From: the human T2T-CHM13v2.0 reference genome, Homo sapiens | Direction: 5' to 3' (one strand) | NCBI RefSeq assembly: GCF_009914755.1 | Contig: NC_060932.1 | DNA: 64,000 bases | Shown here: in pieces, positions 15,431 through 32,107 of the stretch | How the letters are laid out: each line of letters opens with the position of its first letter | Numbering within the stretch: position 1 is the stretch's first letter | Notes under the pieces: model-generated | Databases searched by the model: none | Told to the model about the DNA's origin: nothing | The model's input: the letters and a program-made list of their open reading frames with translations, nothing else | Translations under genes and position numbers: made by a program

Positions 15431-16402
15431 AATTAAATCAAAAACATAATCACAATGCAAAAGGGTAACTAGATGCTATTGGAAACATATAAATCAAATA
15501 TACTAATTTCAGTCTTCTGTGTCACCATTCATATACAATAATTAAATGCAGTGTATTGCAATCAAACAGAGATTTGTGGGAAGGAGATTGGGATGCAGTC
15601 TGAGAAATGGTTCAGTGGGAATTACATTTGTACCCAAGAAATGCTCAGAAGGCCATGCAATAAAGGAAAGGCTTAGACCATTCTGGTAGGACTGAGATTT
15701 CTAACATGGTTTATATGAGGACATCTGTATTATTGATTCAAAATTTTCATATTAACTTTGTTATGCCCCCAGAATAAATTGAGAAAAGGCTGAGTGAAAG
15801 GAATGTGAGTTGATTTTCCAGTTAGTTAATCAATAAGCACACTTTGAACAGTTATATCTTTATAGTCTTAAGCTACATGCAGGAGCACAATGTGTATTAG
15901 GGAACCATTCTCACCCTGTATTGAAGTCCCTCATAGTCTGATTGTAGTTTTAGTCAGCCTTATTATCATCACAGTGTATGACTTCATGAAGATTTTTGAG
16001 AAATCATCAAGAGCATAGTGGCTCCACTACACATTTTTTTATTTCTCTTTCCAACAGAACTTTAATGCTATTCAGGTGTTAATTTTTCATCACCATAGCC
16101 CATGTGCTTTAGGATTTAAATTTGACTCCGGAATGAGCCTCATTATTACAATAAAAATTGCATCCTTTATGCCATAATTTGGTCCAAATAGGTGAAAAGG
16201 GAGACTTGTTGAGGCCTATGGGTAAATTCTCACTTTTCTAAAAGTGGGACTTCTCCCACTGGATATGAGTAGCAATGTATGCCTCTTTGCAACTGGCAGC
16301 AAAAATTTGATGCAGGAGTACTTATGATTTGTCATCTACAAAGCTAGGCAACTGCAGAGAGTGAAAGGGAATGCAATTTATTATTATTCTAGATAAAAGG
16401 TA

Positions 16403-16773
16403 TGTATAAGTCCATTTGCACACTGCTACAAAGACAAACCCAAGACTGGGTAATTTATAAAGGGAAGAGGTTTAATCAACTCACAGTTCCACAAAGCTGG
16501 GGAGGATTCAGGAAACTTACAATCATGGCAGAAGGGGAAGAGGCACACCTTACATGGCGGCAAACAAGAGAGAGTGAGCAAGAGCAGGGAAAAACTGCTT
16601 TATAAAACCATCAGATCTTGTGCGAGCTCACTCACTATCACCAAAACAGCATGGGGGAAAATGCTCCCATGATGCAGTCACCTCCCACCTGGTCCCTCCC
16701 TCGACATGCAAGGATTATGGGGATTATAATTCGAGATGAGATTTGGGTGGGGACACACAGCCAAACCATGTCA
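16403..16773 (-). mobile_element. MaLR solo LTR (THE1D/MSTA-like)
   Basis: tgtataagtcc...caggaaacttacaatcatggcagaagg...gggacacacagccaaaccatgtca; 5-bp TSD aggta/agata. Confidence 0.88.
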
Positions 16774-17512
16774 AGATACAAACTGGGTATTTCCTAGTAA
16801 GCAAGTTGAATGGTCACCCTACTATAAAATGAGGAATAGGCTTAGGAAGAAATCAATGCTCAAGGCAGCACAATAAAAAAAGGCTGAGATTGTGGTTATA
16901 TTAATGAACTACTTGGATTTCCTTCTGCAAACGTATAAAATTGCGTTATCAGGTAGGTTTCTTTGAGTCAGGTCTCTATTGCTTACAGTTTAGTGCACTT
17001 TAAATCACACACTTGGTACTAATTTATGTTTGTGTATTTACTTTAGTCATTGGGTATATAGAACTATTCTGGGATCAAGCGATATGACACATACAATAAC
17101 AGGGAAGAAGTAGGCCTGGGAATGTATAATTTCATATGACATTAAAGATAAGCATAAAAAAATACCCTGAACTAGAATATGGTTGAAGTATAAGGTCCTG
17201 CTGAGAATCCAGCTTATGTATTTGGTGGTTTTCATTATAGCAGCACCTTAGATGCATGTTCCTCCCTTTCATATAGGGGTAAGATTCTATGCCAAGGACC
17301 AGGATAATTTACTTCGACTTCCTGCTGTGGCCCTATGTACCTGGGGCTTTGAACAAGCTGTGTTCTTCTTCTGTGTCTTAGATTCCTTATTTCAGTACCT
17401 ATTGTTTCCTTTATGTTTTATCTTTCTACCTTGCATTAAGGGAGGGACCAAGACTTGTATCTTCCAAAGAATCAACTTCAATTAATAAATCAACTTTCAG
17501 TTGGTAATCACA

Positions 17513-17534
17513 AACACACACACACACACACACA
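17513..17534. repeat. (CA)n microsatellite
   Basis: Direct reading. Confidence 0.9.
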
Positions 17535-17964
17535 TTTTTTACATAACATATTTTATATAAATAATTGTTCAATTGATTATCACTTCTCACTTCTGTGCTG
17601 CAACCAGACCTTTTATTTCCAAAGTGTTTCAATGCCATGGTCTTGTTTAATGATTACAATTATTAAATTCACCTTCCATTGTGATTTGGAAGGAGGATGG
17701 AGGAAATAGTGAGTTTAGATTTGAAACTGGTGGCTGTCTCTCAAGCTGATGGGTTTGCACATATTGAGGGAACTGAGAGGGAGAGAGAGAGCCCTGTACA
17801 GCCATTTGAGAAGCTAAGTGGTGCAACACAGAGTGGCATCCACGTGGCTCATCAAGACCAAATAAACAAAGAAAAACTACCTGTTGTCTTTATCATAAGG
17901 AACACTAAATAATAAGGAAATGCACCTTTTTTTAGTAGAAAATAGGCTCAGGTTTGCTTCCGAA

Positions 17965-18122
17965 AATAATAAATTAAATAAATATAAAATGTACATATAA
18001 AATGTATTACTTTATATGTAATAATAAATGATTAATATATAATATATATATTTATATATTAAAATATAATTATTTTAATGTAATAATATATGTTATTTTA
18101 TATATAATAAAATATAAAATAT
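17965..18122. repeat. AT-rich low-complexity tract
   Basis: Almost purely A/T degenerate (TA)n. Confidence 0.85.
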
Positions 18123-19106
18123 TCTGGATGGGCTATTTATGCTAGTCACAGCATGAATGTGGCTGAAATATTGAAACATGAAATACTGGGGAAAAGATGG
18201 GTCATAGATGATTCCACAAGAGCGGAAGAACAGAAATCATCACCAGCCTTCAGATAGGTAAAGTAAGGCTTAGGGAAGTGAATAGCTTGCCCAATGTCAT
18301 ACAACCATTATGAAGAAAAGTGACATAGATTCATACCTTTTACAAATGTCAAGTCTTGTCCTCTCAGCTTTCAGCTATAGCATTTGTTTTTATAAAATAC
18401 ATTCACAAATGAACCATATTCATCTGCCAGTAAGAAAGGAAAAATTGGAAATGTTGCCCTATAGTGATGAGCATTAACAATTAGAATATAATCCAAGCAG
18501 TTCATAAAAAAATAACTGGGGAGACATTAAGAGGCAGGAGTATTATCATTAAAGATGATGACCAAGCAGTGGCCCATAAACATCTCCAATCATGCCAAAC
18601 CACAAACCTCTAGTGCTATAATGAGTCTCAAGATTTTATCTCTGAAACTGTCTCTTGGAAGAAGAGTTATTGAGAGCTTTCTCAGCCATTAAATCTTTCA
18701 GCTGTTAGAAGTGATTAGTTCCCACACAGATATAGCCTATTTGACCTAGATAGCATGCATTTTATAAATAAATGAGAATGTGGCCATCACTTTTACAAAA
18801 GGGTCTATGCCACAACATTCATTGCATGCTCCTAAAGCCCTCAGCATGTCAATGCCTTCTACGTTTGTCCCTATTGTTGTATTACAAATCTCTTCAGTAA
18901 AATCAACAAGTGTACTCCTACTATGAGTTGCAAGGAGTGAAGAAAGTTGACAAGGTCATTTATTTTTGAACAGGACATCAGTATATTATACAGAAAAAAC
19001 TTTGATCATTTTCTTCTTCAGTTAGGACAGTTCCTTAAATTAGAGGTGTTTAAAATAAAATAATTTTATAGATGGAGGAAAAGAGAGTGAGAGAAAAATC
19101 TTTCTG

Positions 19107-19284
19107 TCTAAGATGGTTAATATTGTTAATTAACAGCATTTTCATTTGTGGACTCTTGATGCCAGGTCAGCACATAATTTATTATACAAGATTGTTCACC
19201 ATAATCTCCTGCATACCTTAGGACCTCTCACATGAATTTTCTGATTTTTCTACTCCTAGGATCATCCTTGCCCAATTACTGAGC
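19107..19284 (+). repeat. Left arm of perfect 178-bp inverted repeat
   Basis: tctaagatggttaa...cccaattactgagc is the reverse complement of 19981-20158; no mismatch found on reading. Confidence 0.97.
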
Positions 19285-19365
19285 CAGACTATCAGGGCCA
19301 GTGTTCTGGAATCAAGCTGACTTATCATTTCCATGCTTGTCATATTTCTGTGGTTGAACACATGA

Positions 19366-19719
19366 TATTACAGGAATTTTCCTTAGTTCAGCTAAAGGCG
19401 GGGCCCCTGTCACACAGCCATGAAAGATTGGGCTCACAGACAATTTGAATGGTGAGAATAATGGGATATATTAGGCAAAAAGGAAAAAAAAGAAGGGAGG
19501 GGCAGGGAAACAGGGACCCTCTGCAAGGCCAGAGTCTCTGCTGGTGCCATTCCAACCTTGTAGTTTGAATTCCCCCTTCCGCACAGGAAGAGGAGGGGCC
19601 AGGTTCCTCCTCACTGCAGATGGTGTGAACTTCTGTGGCTCTTCCCCAGTGTGTGGTCTTCCCAGTGTACAGGTTGGTTAGAGGCTCTGCCAGGGAGCCC
19701 TTCCCACCTGGCTGTCTCA
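19366..19719 (-). mobile_element. ERV1 solo LTR, MER61-like
   Basis: Minus strand tgagacagccaggtgggaagggctccctgg...ctttagctgaactaaggaaaaattcctgtaata; 4-bp TSD atga/atgg. Confidence 0.82.
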
Positions 19720-19980
19720 ATGGGGCATTGCTCAGCCTACAGGGCCACAGATTTCAACAGTCATCTGCTCCTTGACCCTATTTGCACCTTAGCTCTGCCC
19801 ATAAAAGTACACTTCTTGATGTGTTTTTCTAAAAATCTCTCAAGTGTTCCACTGGAAATGTGGCTTCTATAACCCATTGCCACATGGGATAAAATTGGTT
19901 TCTCATTCACCCACATTTTGCCATAAAAATACTGCCCTGACACTTGACAGAATTACTACTCAAATTGCTCAATGCAAATT

Positions 19981-20158
19981 GCTCAGTAATTGGGCAAGGA
20001 TGATCCTAGGAGTAGAAAAATCAGAAAATTCATGTGAGAGGTCCTAAGGTATGCAGGAGATTATGGTGAACAATCTTGTATAATAAATTATGTGCTGACC
20101 TGGCATCAAGAGTCCACAAATGAAAATGCTGTTAATTAACAATATTAACCATCTTAGA
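19981..20158 (-). repeat. Right arm of perfect 178-bp inverted repeat (probably the derived copy)
   Basis: gctcagtaattgggc...ttaaccatcttaga; both ends abut micro-duplications. Confidence 0.97.
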
Positions 20159-20928
20159 TTATCCATCTTGGATTATCTTATTTCCTGCCTCTATAAGATG
20201 AATCTTCATTAGTTTACAAATTAACAGATATTTGCATAATTATCACGAACTTTTAGTCAACATGAAATCATTCTCTAAAGTAAAAAACACCAGCAAAACC
20301 AAGTACTATTTTAACTAATTAAAACAGCTATTCCATGTTCCTCTTATATAACCATGACTACTCATAAATGTTTTTTAATGTGCGTTATAAAAATTTAATA
20401 AAAATACAAATAGAATACAGATCATTATCACTATTCTTACAGTCATCATTATTATAAACATGATTAAACATTTAGTATAGTAGAATATACAGTGCTATAG
20501 ATTTTTTTAGTACAGGACATGATTCTGACCCATAAGGTATTTCCCCTCCAGTTAAATACAAGACACTGATGTCCAAAAACAATCATTAACAATGTAGGAA
20601 AACAGACCACAGAATTAGTAGTGTCATGCTCTATCTATTTGAAATTTTAATGTCAAGATATACTCTCAGGGACTTTTCTTGTTCTATAATATGGCTTATT
20701 TCCCCAAACCATTATTTATCTTAATCCAATTTTCTTTTCTGTCTTCGTTATTTTGTGTCATGAATTTTCCCAGAATGCCTTCACTCAATTCTGCCCTTGG
20801 AACACTCAATTTGGGAAAGTCGTTTTGCTGTTTTAAGTAGAATTAAGATCAGTGAGGCTAAGGACCAAGTCAGTTTCTTTTCTTTTTTAATCAAATTATA
20901 CACGGCACGTAACTTGGCAAATGACTAT

Positions 20929-21008
20929 GGAAGGAAGGAAGTAAAGAAGAGGGAAGGGAGGCAGGGAGGGAGGGAGGCAGGGAGGGAGGGAGAAAGGGAG
21001 GAAGGAAG
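20929..21008. repeat. Polypurine (GGAA/GGGA)n repeat
   Basis: Direct reading. Confidence 0.85.
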
Positions 21009-21362
21009 TTAGTTTTTAACTTATTTAAGTAAATACTAACAAGTACTATTGCTGAATTGTAAGATTATTTCTAGTTTTTTTTTCTATGCTGAATTTTGTT
21101 TATTTAAATTTAAATCGCTTTTTTATTTAGAATTTTTAAGTGGTAAAATACAAAAATGAGAACAGTGCATAAAACATAAATTTAGAGCATAATAAACAAT
21201 TATAAATTAAGGATCATATCTAGGTCAAGATATATAAAATTGTCAGCATACCAGAGTCCTCATCTATATTTTCTGATCATATTAATTTTCCTTAGCCCTA
21301 GAGTTAACTGAAATCCTGGCTTTTACGGAAAACTTTAGATGTTCTAGTTGTTTTTATTTGCT

Positions 21363-21597
21363 CCAGTTTTTATTTTTGCAATGATAGCAAACCACCCTAC
21401 ACTTAGTGGCATAGCACAATAGTCATTTTGTTATGTTCACAGATTCTGTGGGTCAGGAATTAAGAAAGGACAAAATAAGAACAGGGTAATCCCCAGTTTA
21501 TAATATATGGGGGTCTCAAGTGGAAAGACTCAGAGTATGGGGTGACTTGAAAATTGGAATCCGAAACATATAAGACCGATTCATTCACATTTCTGAT
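21363..21597 (-). mobile_element. MLT1-family MaLR LTR fragment, truncated at the L1 junction
   Basis: acttagtggcatagcacaatagtcattttgttatgttcacagattctgtgggtcaggaatt motif. Confidence 0.6.
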
Positions 21598-21604
21598 TAT
21601 TTAC

Positions 21605-21999
21605 ATCATTGATAATAGTCAGGAAACAACAGATGCTGGAGAGGATGTGGAGAAATAGGAACACTTTTACACTGTTGGTGGGACTGCAAACTAGTTTAAC
21701 CATTGTGGAAGTCAGTGTGGTGATTCCTCAGGAATCCAGAACTAGAAATACCATTTGACCCAGCCATCCCATTACTGGGTATGTACCCAAAGGATTATAA
21801 ATCATGCTGCTATAAAGACACATGCACACGTATGTTTGTTGCAGCACTATTCACAATAGCAAAGACTTGGAACCAACCTAAATGTCCATCAACGATAGAC
21901 TGGATTAAGAAAACCTGGCACATATACACGATGGAATACTATGCAGCCATAAAAAAAGGATGAGTTCATGTGAAACTGAAAACCATCATTCTCAGCAAA
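21605..21999 (+). mobile_element. L1PA (PA3-6) ORF2 C-terminal fragment, no poly(A)
   Basis: ORF YPKDYKSCCYKDTCTRMFVAALFTIAKTWNQPKCP; stops abruptly at ctcagcaaa. Confidence 0.9.
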
Positions 22000-22172
22000 G
22001 ATTATATCTAGTTTTGTAAGAAACTGCCCAGTTGTCTTATAAATTGACAGTACCATTTTGCATTCTAACTACTAATATGTGAAAGTTCCTTTTATAATTT
22101 TTATTGAGTAAATTTAAGACGTATAACATGATGTTTTGAGATATCTAACCATCTATAGTCAAAGTCAAATCA

Positions 22173-24401
<2,229 letters not shown>

Positions 24402-24855
24402 ACTTAAATTTAAATGATTTATTTGGGTAGTAATAATTGCAGTTGAAGGCATAGACACACAGCAAGTGGTCTTTGGTATGTCAAAAAAACAGAGAGAGGG
24501 TTAGACATTTTATAAAAAGGAGAAATGTAACATTTTATTTGAAAGAAAAGTTATTGGCATTTACATTTTGTTTTGAAAGAAAGTTCATTGGCACCAGTAA
24601 AATTCTGGAGAGCTGGCAAGCTCTGATTTGTGAGTGATGGCTATGAGTAAAATTGTGGGTCACAGAAGGTTATTTCAGCAGCTATTAGTTAAAACTAATT
24701 TCAGTTTACTACAGGCATTTTCAACAGCCAGACTTTCAGAGAATTACATTCTTGGAACAATGTTATGTACTCTGAGTGTATTTTCACCTGGCCTCTCAAC
24801 TGTGTTTTAATTGCGTATGACAAGAATGAACCAGTTTTTATTATTAACTTTGACA
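24402..24855 (-). mobile_element. Solo LTR (LTR47-like), 3' end clipped by the L1 fragment
   Basis: Minus strand tgtcaaagttaataa..ttcattcttgtcatacgcaa..aatcagagcttgccagctctcc..gtgccaatgaactttctttcaaaaca. Confidence 0.6.
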
Positions 24856-24859
24856 ATTT

Positions 24860-25519
24860 GTACACAATGAAATGATAGAGATAACATATGATAAATAGAG
24901 ATTACATATTCATCATCTCACAATATCACAGTTATTTTTATTATTTGTGTGTGTGTGTGTATTTTTTTTGGTGGGGTGCATATGGTAAGAGCACCTAAAA
25001 TCGCTCTTAGAAAATTTTCAGTAGGCAATGCAATATTATTAACTACAGTCTCCATGTCGTATTTTTGATCTCTAGGTTTATTTACCCTGCACACCTGCAA
25101 CTTTGTACCTTTTGATTTATATTTCCCCATTCCTCCTCTCCTGCCTCTAGTAACTACCATTCTAGTTTCTGTTTTTATATATTCAACTTTTTTTTAGGAC
25201 TTCACATATATGAGAGATCATGCAGTGTTTATTCTTTCTGTGTCTGGCTTATTTCTCTTAGTATAATGCCCTCCAGTTTTTATCTTGTTGTCAGAAATGG
25301 CAGGATTTTCTTATTTAATTAAATCTGAGTAGTATTTCTTGTATTATATACATACTACAATTTTTTTGTTTTATCATCTATCAGCTAACATTGAGCTTGT
25401 TTCTGTATCTTTGCTATTGTGAATAATGCTGCAATAAAAGTAGGAATGCAGATAGATTTATGAAGTGCTAATTTTATTTTCTTCGGGATATTCTGAGAAG
25501 AATAATCTCTGGGTCATAT

Positions 25520-25520
<1 letters not shown>
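24860..25520 (-). mobile_element. L1MA9-like 3' end
   Basis: ggtaagagcacctaaaatc..tgcaactttgtaccttt..ctttctgtgtctggcttattt. Confidence 0.7.
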
Positions 25521-27885
<2,365 letters not shown>

Positions 27886-27959
27886 AACTCTTTTAAGGCA
27901 ATGTAAAGAATAATCCCTAAAAGGAAAAACAGCTCTACTTTCTACTTGGCTTTCTGCCA

Positions 27960-29215
27960 TAGGACAGAAATGGACCACCCTTATAGTGTCAATTGATTTT
28001 TCAAAAAAAGACATCCAAGAAAATCAATGGGAAGATAACATCTTTTTAAAAAATGATGCTGAAATATTTGGATATTATATTGGAAAAAATGAATAAGTCG
28101 TTCCTGTTTCTCAAATATTTTTAAAGAACTTATTGATACCCTATTGGTCAAAGACCAAGAGTAAAAGCTAAAAGTAATGTGTTGCAGAAAACATAAAAAT
28201 AATCTATGCAAACTTGACATTTGATAAGATTTTAGAAAACACACAAATTGCACTAATCGTAAGAAATACAGAATTAAACATAACATGAACTTAATCAAAA
28301 GTAATACTTTATTAAAAGTCACTGCTAACAAAGTGAATAGCAAAACCACAGCCTGAAAAAAATTAATAATATGTACATGTCATACATGACATACACGAGA
28401 ATACAGAAAAGTGACATAAATAGTCAAAAAGGAAAACTACCCACTTAAAATCAGGATCAACACATTTGAAAAAACATTTAAAAAGAAAGATATGCTTTGG
28501 GGTCAATAAACAGATGTAAAAGTGCTTGATATTCCTATCATCAGGGAAATGTAACGTTAGACTGCCTTGAGATACGGCTGTCCTCTCACTGGAATGAATG
28601 CTGTTTATACACACTGGCAACACTGAATGTTAGCAACGTGTGGAACAAGTAAAATTCTCCTATGTTTTTGGTAGGTGTGTAAAATTGTATAGCCATTTTG
28701 GAAAACGATTAGTACTTTCTTACAAAGTTGAACTAATACCTAATCTGTTACTGAGCAATTATGCCATGAGATACATCCATACAAAGTTGTGTACAGCATA
28801 GTCTCAGTAGCTTTATTCATAAAAGTCTATAAGCAACCTAAGTATTCATCAATAGAAAAAATAATAAACATTGTCAATGAAAACATATACAACTACTGAT
28901 ACATGGAATAAAATAGGTGAATTTAAATATCATTATGCTGAATAAAAGAAATTTGATGCAACAATTGCAACATATTGTGGATTTCTAAAACAGTGTAATC
29001 AAATCTGTAGTGATATAAATCAGAAGAATGATTGCCGCTGTGTTCAAGGTGGAGATAATCTGGAAAGAAGCATGAGGGAATTTTAGGATAGTGAAAATGT
29101 TCTATTTTTTATAGTGGTATTTCTTAAACAAATGTATATGGCTTTCAAAACTCATCAATCTCTACACTTAAGGTCTGTGCCTTTCACTATGTATATATCC
29201 TATCTCAATTTTTAA
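27960..29215 (+). mobile_element. Ancient L1ME-like 3' region
   Basis: aaatgatgctgaaatatttggata..aaaattgtatagccattttggaaaac..caaaactcatcaatctctacacttaaggtctgtgcctttcactatgta. Confidence 0.65.
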
Positions 29216-30566
29216 AAGTGGAACATGAAGAAATTACCCTGTCAGAAATATGTCTCTGCCAAGATTTTTAAAATTAATTTATTACATGCCTATTTGTACA
29301 TTGTCTGTCACAATGCAGACATTTGTGAAATGTTGTTCTTTCTGTGTTCCTTGGTATTTTGCAGAATTCTTGACTTGTAGGCTCAATGGTTCAGTGCTGC
29401 AGTGGAAAGGATTTGAAGACAGGCATATTTGTGTGTTTAGCTGAGTTCTGTCACTGCTGATAGTGTTAATTTAGGCAAATTCCTTCTGAATTCCAGAGTG
29501 TCATTTCCTCATCTGAAATATAAGATTTTATTTGGGTTGTCATGATGGCAATAAAAAATGTATATACAATATCAGACAAATAATAGTTGTTTGATAAGGA
29601 ATTGTATTTTTGAGTTTGTATATATGTTGAGAGATTCGCGAACAACTTGTCTTATCCTAATCATTTTATTATCTCTATGGGTTAGAAGTTATTGCTATCC
29701 CTCCTTAAAGACTGGGAATTTGAAAAGAGCTACGTAACTCAATATCACAAAGTACCAAATAACAGAGCTAGATTTTCATCCATGAGAGTTGAACCTGAGG
29801 TTGCTTTTTCAGTATGACTTTCTTCCATTATCTCCCATAAATGGCGATGATGGTGAGGATAATGATGGTGATAATTGCTATCATTATCCATCTATTTACA
29901 GTCCTCTATAAATCTCTTCTCCAATTCCTTAGACAGAGGACCACAATGACTAATTTAAGCTCTTCGGTATCAAGAAGCTAACAAATTTAAGGGCATCATC
30001 CTTGTTGAACATCTTCAATGTTTAAAATTATTGTCTTTATCCTAAACTAAAATTTACGCACTGGACTTTATGTGCTTGCTGTAAGCTGTGCTGAACTAGT
30101 CTACTATTTTAAAATGCCAGCCTTTAAAATGCATGAGAATGCCTATTAGAGCAGATTGAGTCTTTTCTCGTCTCTTGAATTGTGACAAGGAATTTACTGA
30201 ACATATTCCTTGCATGATTCTGAGAGACACGGCAAGCAGCCCACGGCTGATAAAGGCACACATCTGGCTTTGACTGTGTCCAGTGCTAATAACAGCCCAA
30301 TGGAGCTTACCTCGCCTGAATCCCTAGTCTTATCTAGTGCCTCTAAATCTTAGGTGACATGAAAAAAATCTCATGTCATTGTACTCCCCCGACCTCCTAC
30401 TCTGCTTTCTCTGCTTCTCTTACCCTGAGATCAAATGGAAACTCCTGGTTCAGAAATCCCATTATAAAAAATGCAGTAATAATGGGAGGATTTGACTACT
30501 ACAGTATAATCATTTTTTTCTATTTAAAAGGTAATGCTAAATATGAAGTTTATAATAGTGAATTTC

Positions 30567-32028
30567 TTTTTTTTTGTACATACTTTTTATTTGTTGAATA
30601 AATGAATATTTGTCAATATGTACATAACCACATAGAGCGAGCATTAGATTTAGAGAGCAAAATATTTGGGTTCTAATATGCAAAGCCACTTACCAGCTGT
30701 GAGGGCTTCGGCAAAGAACTGAATCTGAGCTCAGCTCCCTCAACTGTAAAACTAGGTTATTCGGACCTATGTGGCCTACCACACAGGCTTATTGCAAGGT
30801 TCAAATGCAGAAACATATGAAAGTGCTATGAATACAACTTAGAGCAATACAAACAAAACAAGTAACAGCAATGGAATTTCAAGCTGAAATTCACACCCTC
30901 GGATTGTACCCATGTACTGATGGAGTCAACAAGAAAGTGACAAAATAGCTGATTACTAATGAGAACGAATATGCCATTCTTCTGAGTGGGAAGAATTCTG
31001 CAACACCCTGTAGCTTGTCGCTGCAATGAATTACTTCCCAAACTTCACAAAGATGTCAGAGACCCGCCATCAATAATTCTCTCACAGAAGCACAAGGGCC
31101 AAATGTCCCACGTTTATTTACATATGAAATGTGTTTCATACAGTTATGATGGATGGAGTGCATAACACCTGACAGCAGCAAGACCTTTCGAGGAACCGAA
31201 CGTTGACTACAGTATATCATGCAAGTATCTATATATACACAAAAGAATTCCTTTTCTTAAAAAAAAAAAAAAAAGTACAAAACTTGTTCAGGGATAAATA
31301 CAAGATACAAAATGCAAAAGAAAACACAAAACAAAACCAAAAAATAGAACTCTCTCAGAGAACTATAAACGGAAGGGACAGAAGAGTACCTCTGCTGCAT
31401 TTTAATAAAGCAGAACTACCGACATTAAATATACTTCTTGAAATGGCTGAACTAAACCCGGGTGGCTCAGTGCTTAAGGTAACGGCCAATTGCAATACAC
31501 AGGCGGCTGCATTGATAAGTCGGTGGTTGAAGTTGTGCATCCCGACTCTAAGTACCAGAACGTTTGGCAGTAGCACCCAGAACAGGTTTGAGACAACTGC
31601 ACTCCAGTGTGGACGTGCCTTTGTCTTCAGGCCATGCCGAAGGGTGTTTAAAGCAGTCTTGCAGGTCGCTCCTTTCCCAGCCGTGGATAAAAACTGAAGC
31701 TAGGAATCTAATAAGGAATGCTGATTTCCTCAGTTCCATTTTGAGGAATGGGGAAGGCTATTCTAAAGGAAAAAAATGGGATTTGTTTTCTCGGCAGATC
31801 TGCAAGGCTGGCTTTAAGAGCACAAGGAGGGAAAGTAACGAAAGGGCTGGACTACTATAAAAGTTACAAATACGTAGTTAGACCAATAGATTTATATAGT
31901 CAGGTTTTTGTCATGTAATTTATTAACTATTACAGAAACACAACTAAGAATATCAAGTATTTCTCTGGCTCTTGACAGAAAAAAATCAGTTGACTTAACC
32001 CTTTGCTGTCAAAAGAGTTGGCGTTTCC
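30567..32028 (-). pseudogene. Processed retrocopy of an mRNA 3'UTR (no CDS), with probable 5' inversion (31587-32028)
   Basis: Exact 16-bp TSD tataatagtgaatttc at 30551-30566 and 32029-32044; T9 tail 30567-30575; minus-strand AATAAA at 30586-30591; L1 endonuclease-like tttc/aa site; many retained CpGs. Confidence 0.88.
30640..30827 (+). mobile_element. MIR carried inside the retrocopy
   Basis: gccacttaccagctgtgagggcttcggcaaag..ctcagctccctcaactgtaaaactagg MIR core. Confidence 0.65.
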
Positions 32029-32107
32029 TATAATAGTGAATTTCAATCAGTTTCTTTGTAGTGGTATAGATCTGGATGAAGATAGTGTCTACTCGGGGTT
32101 GGAAGTA

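Noticed and set aside
19366-19719. p53 response element in the MER61-like LTR
   Set aside because: Some MER61 subfamilies carry p53 sites, but I found no paired RRRCWWGYYY in this copy.
19107-20158. Inverted repeats as TIRs of a new DNA transposon or MITE
   Set aside because: No target-site duplication outside the arms, no transposase, and one-sided junction scars fit templated duplication; primate DNA transposons are too old to give identical arms.
31203-31697. 164-aa ORF as a novel gene
   Set aside because: Runs antisense through a 3'UTR copy, includes an A-run (poly-K), crosses the inferred inversion junction, starts at TTG and has no recognisable domain.
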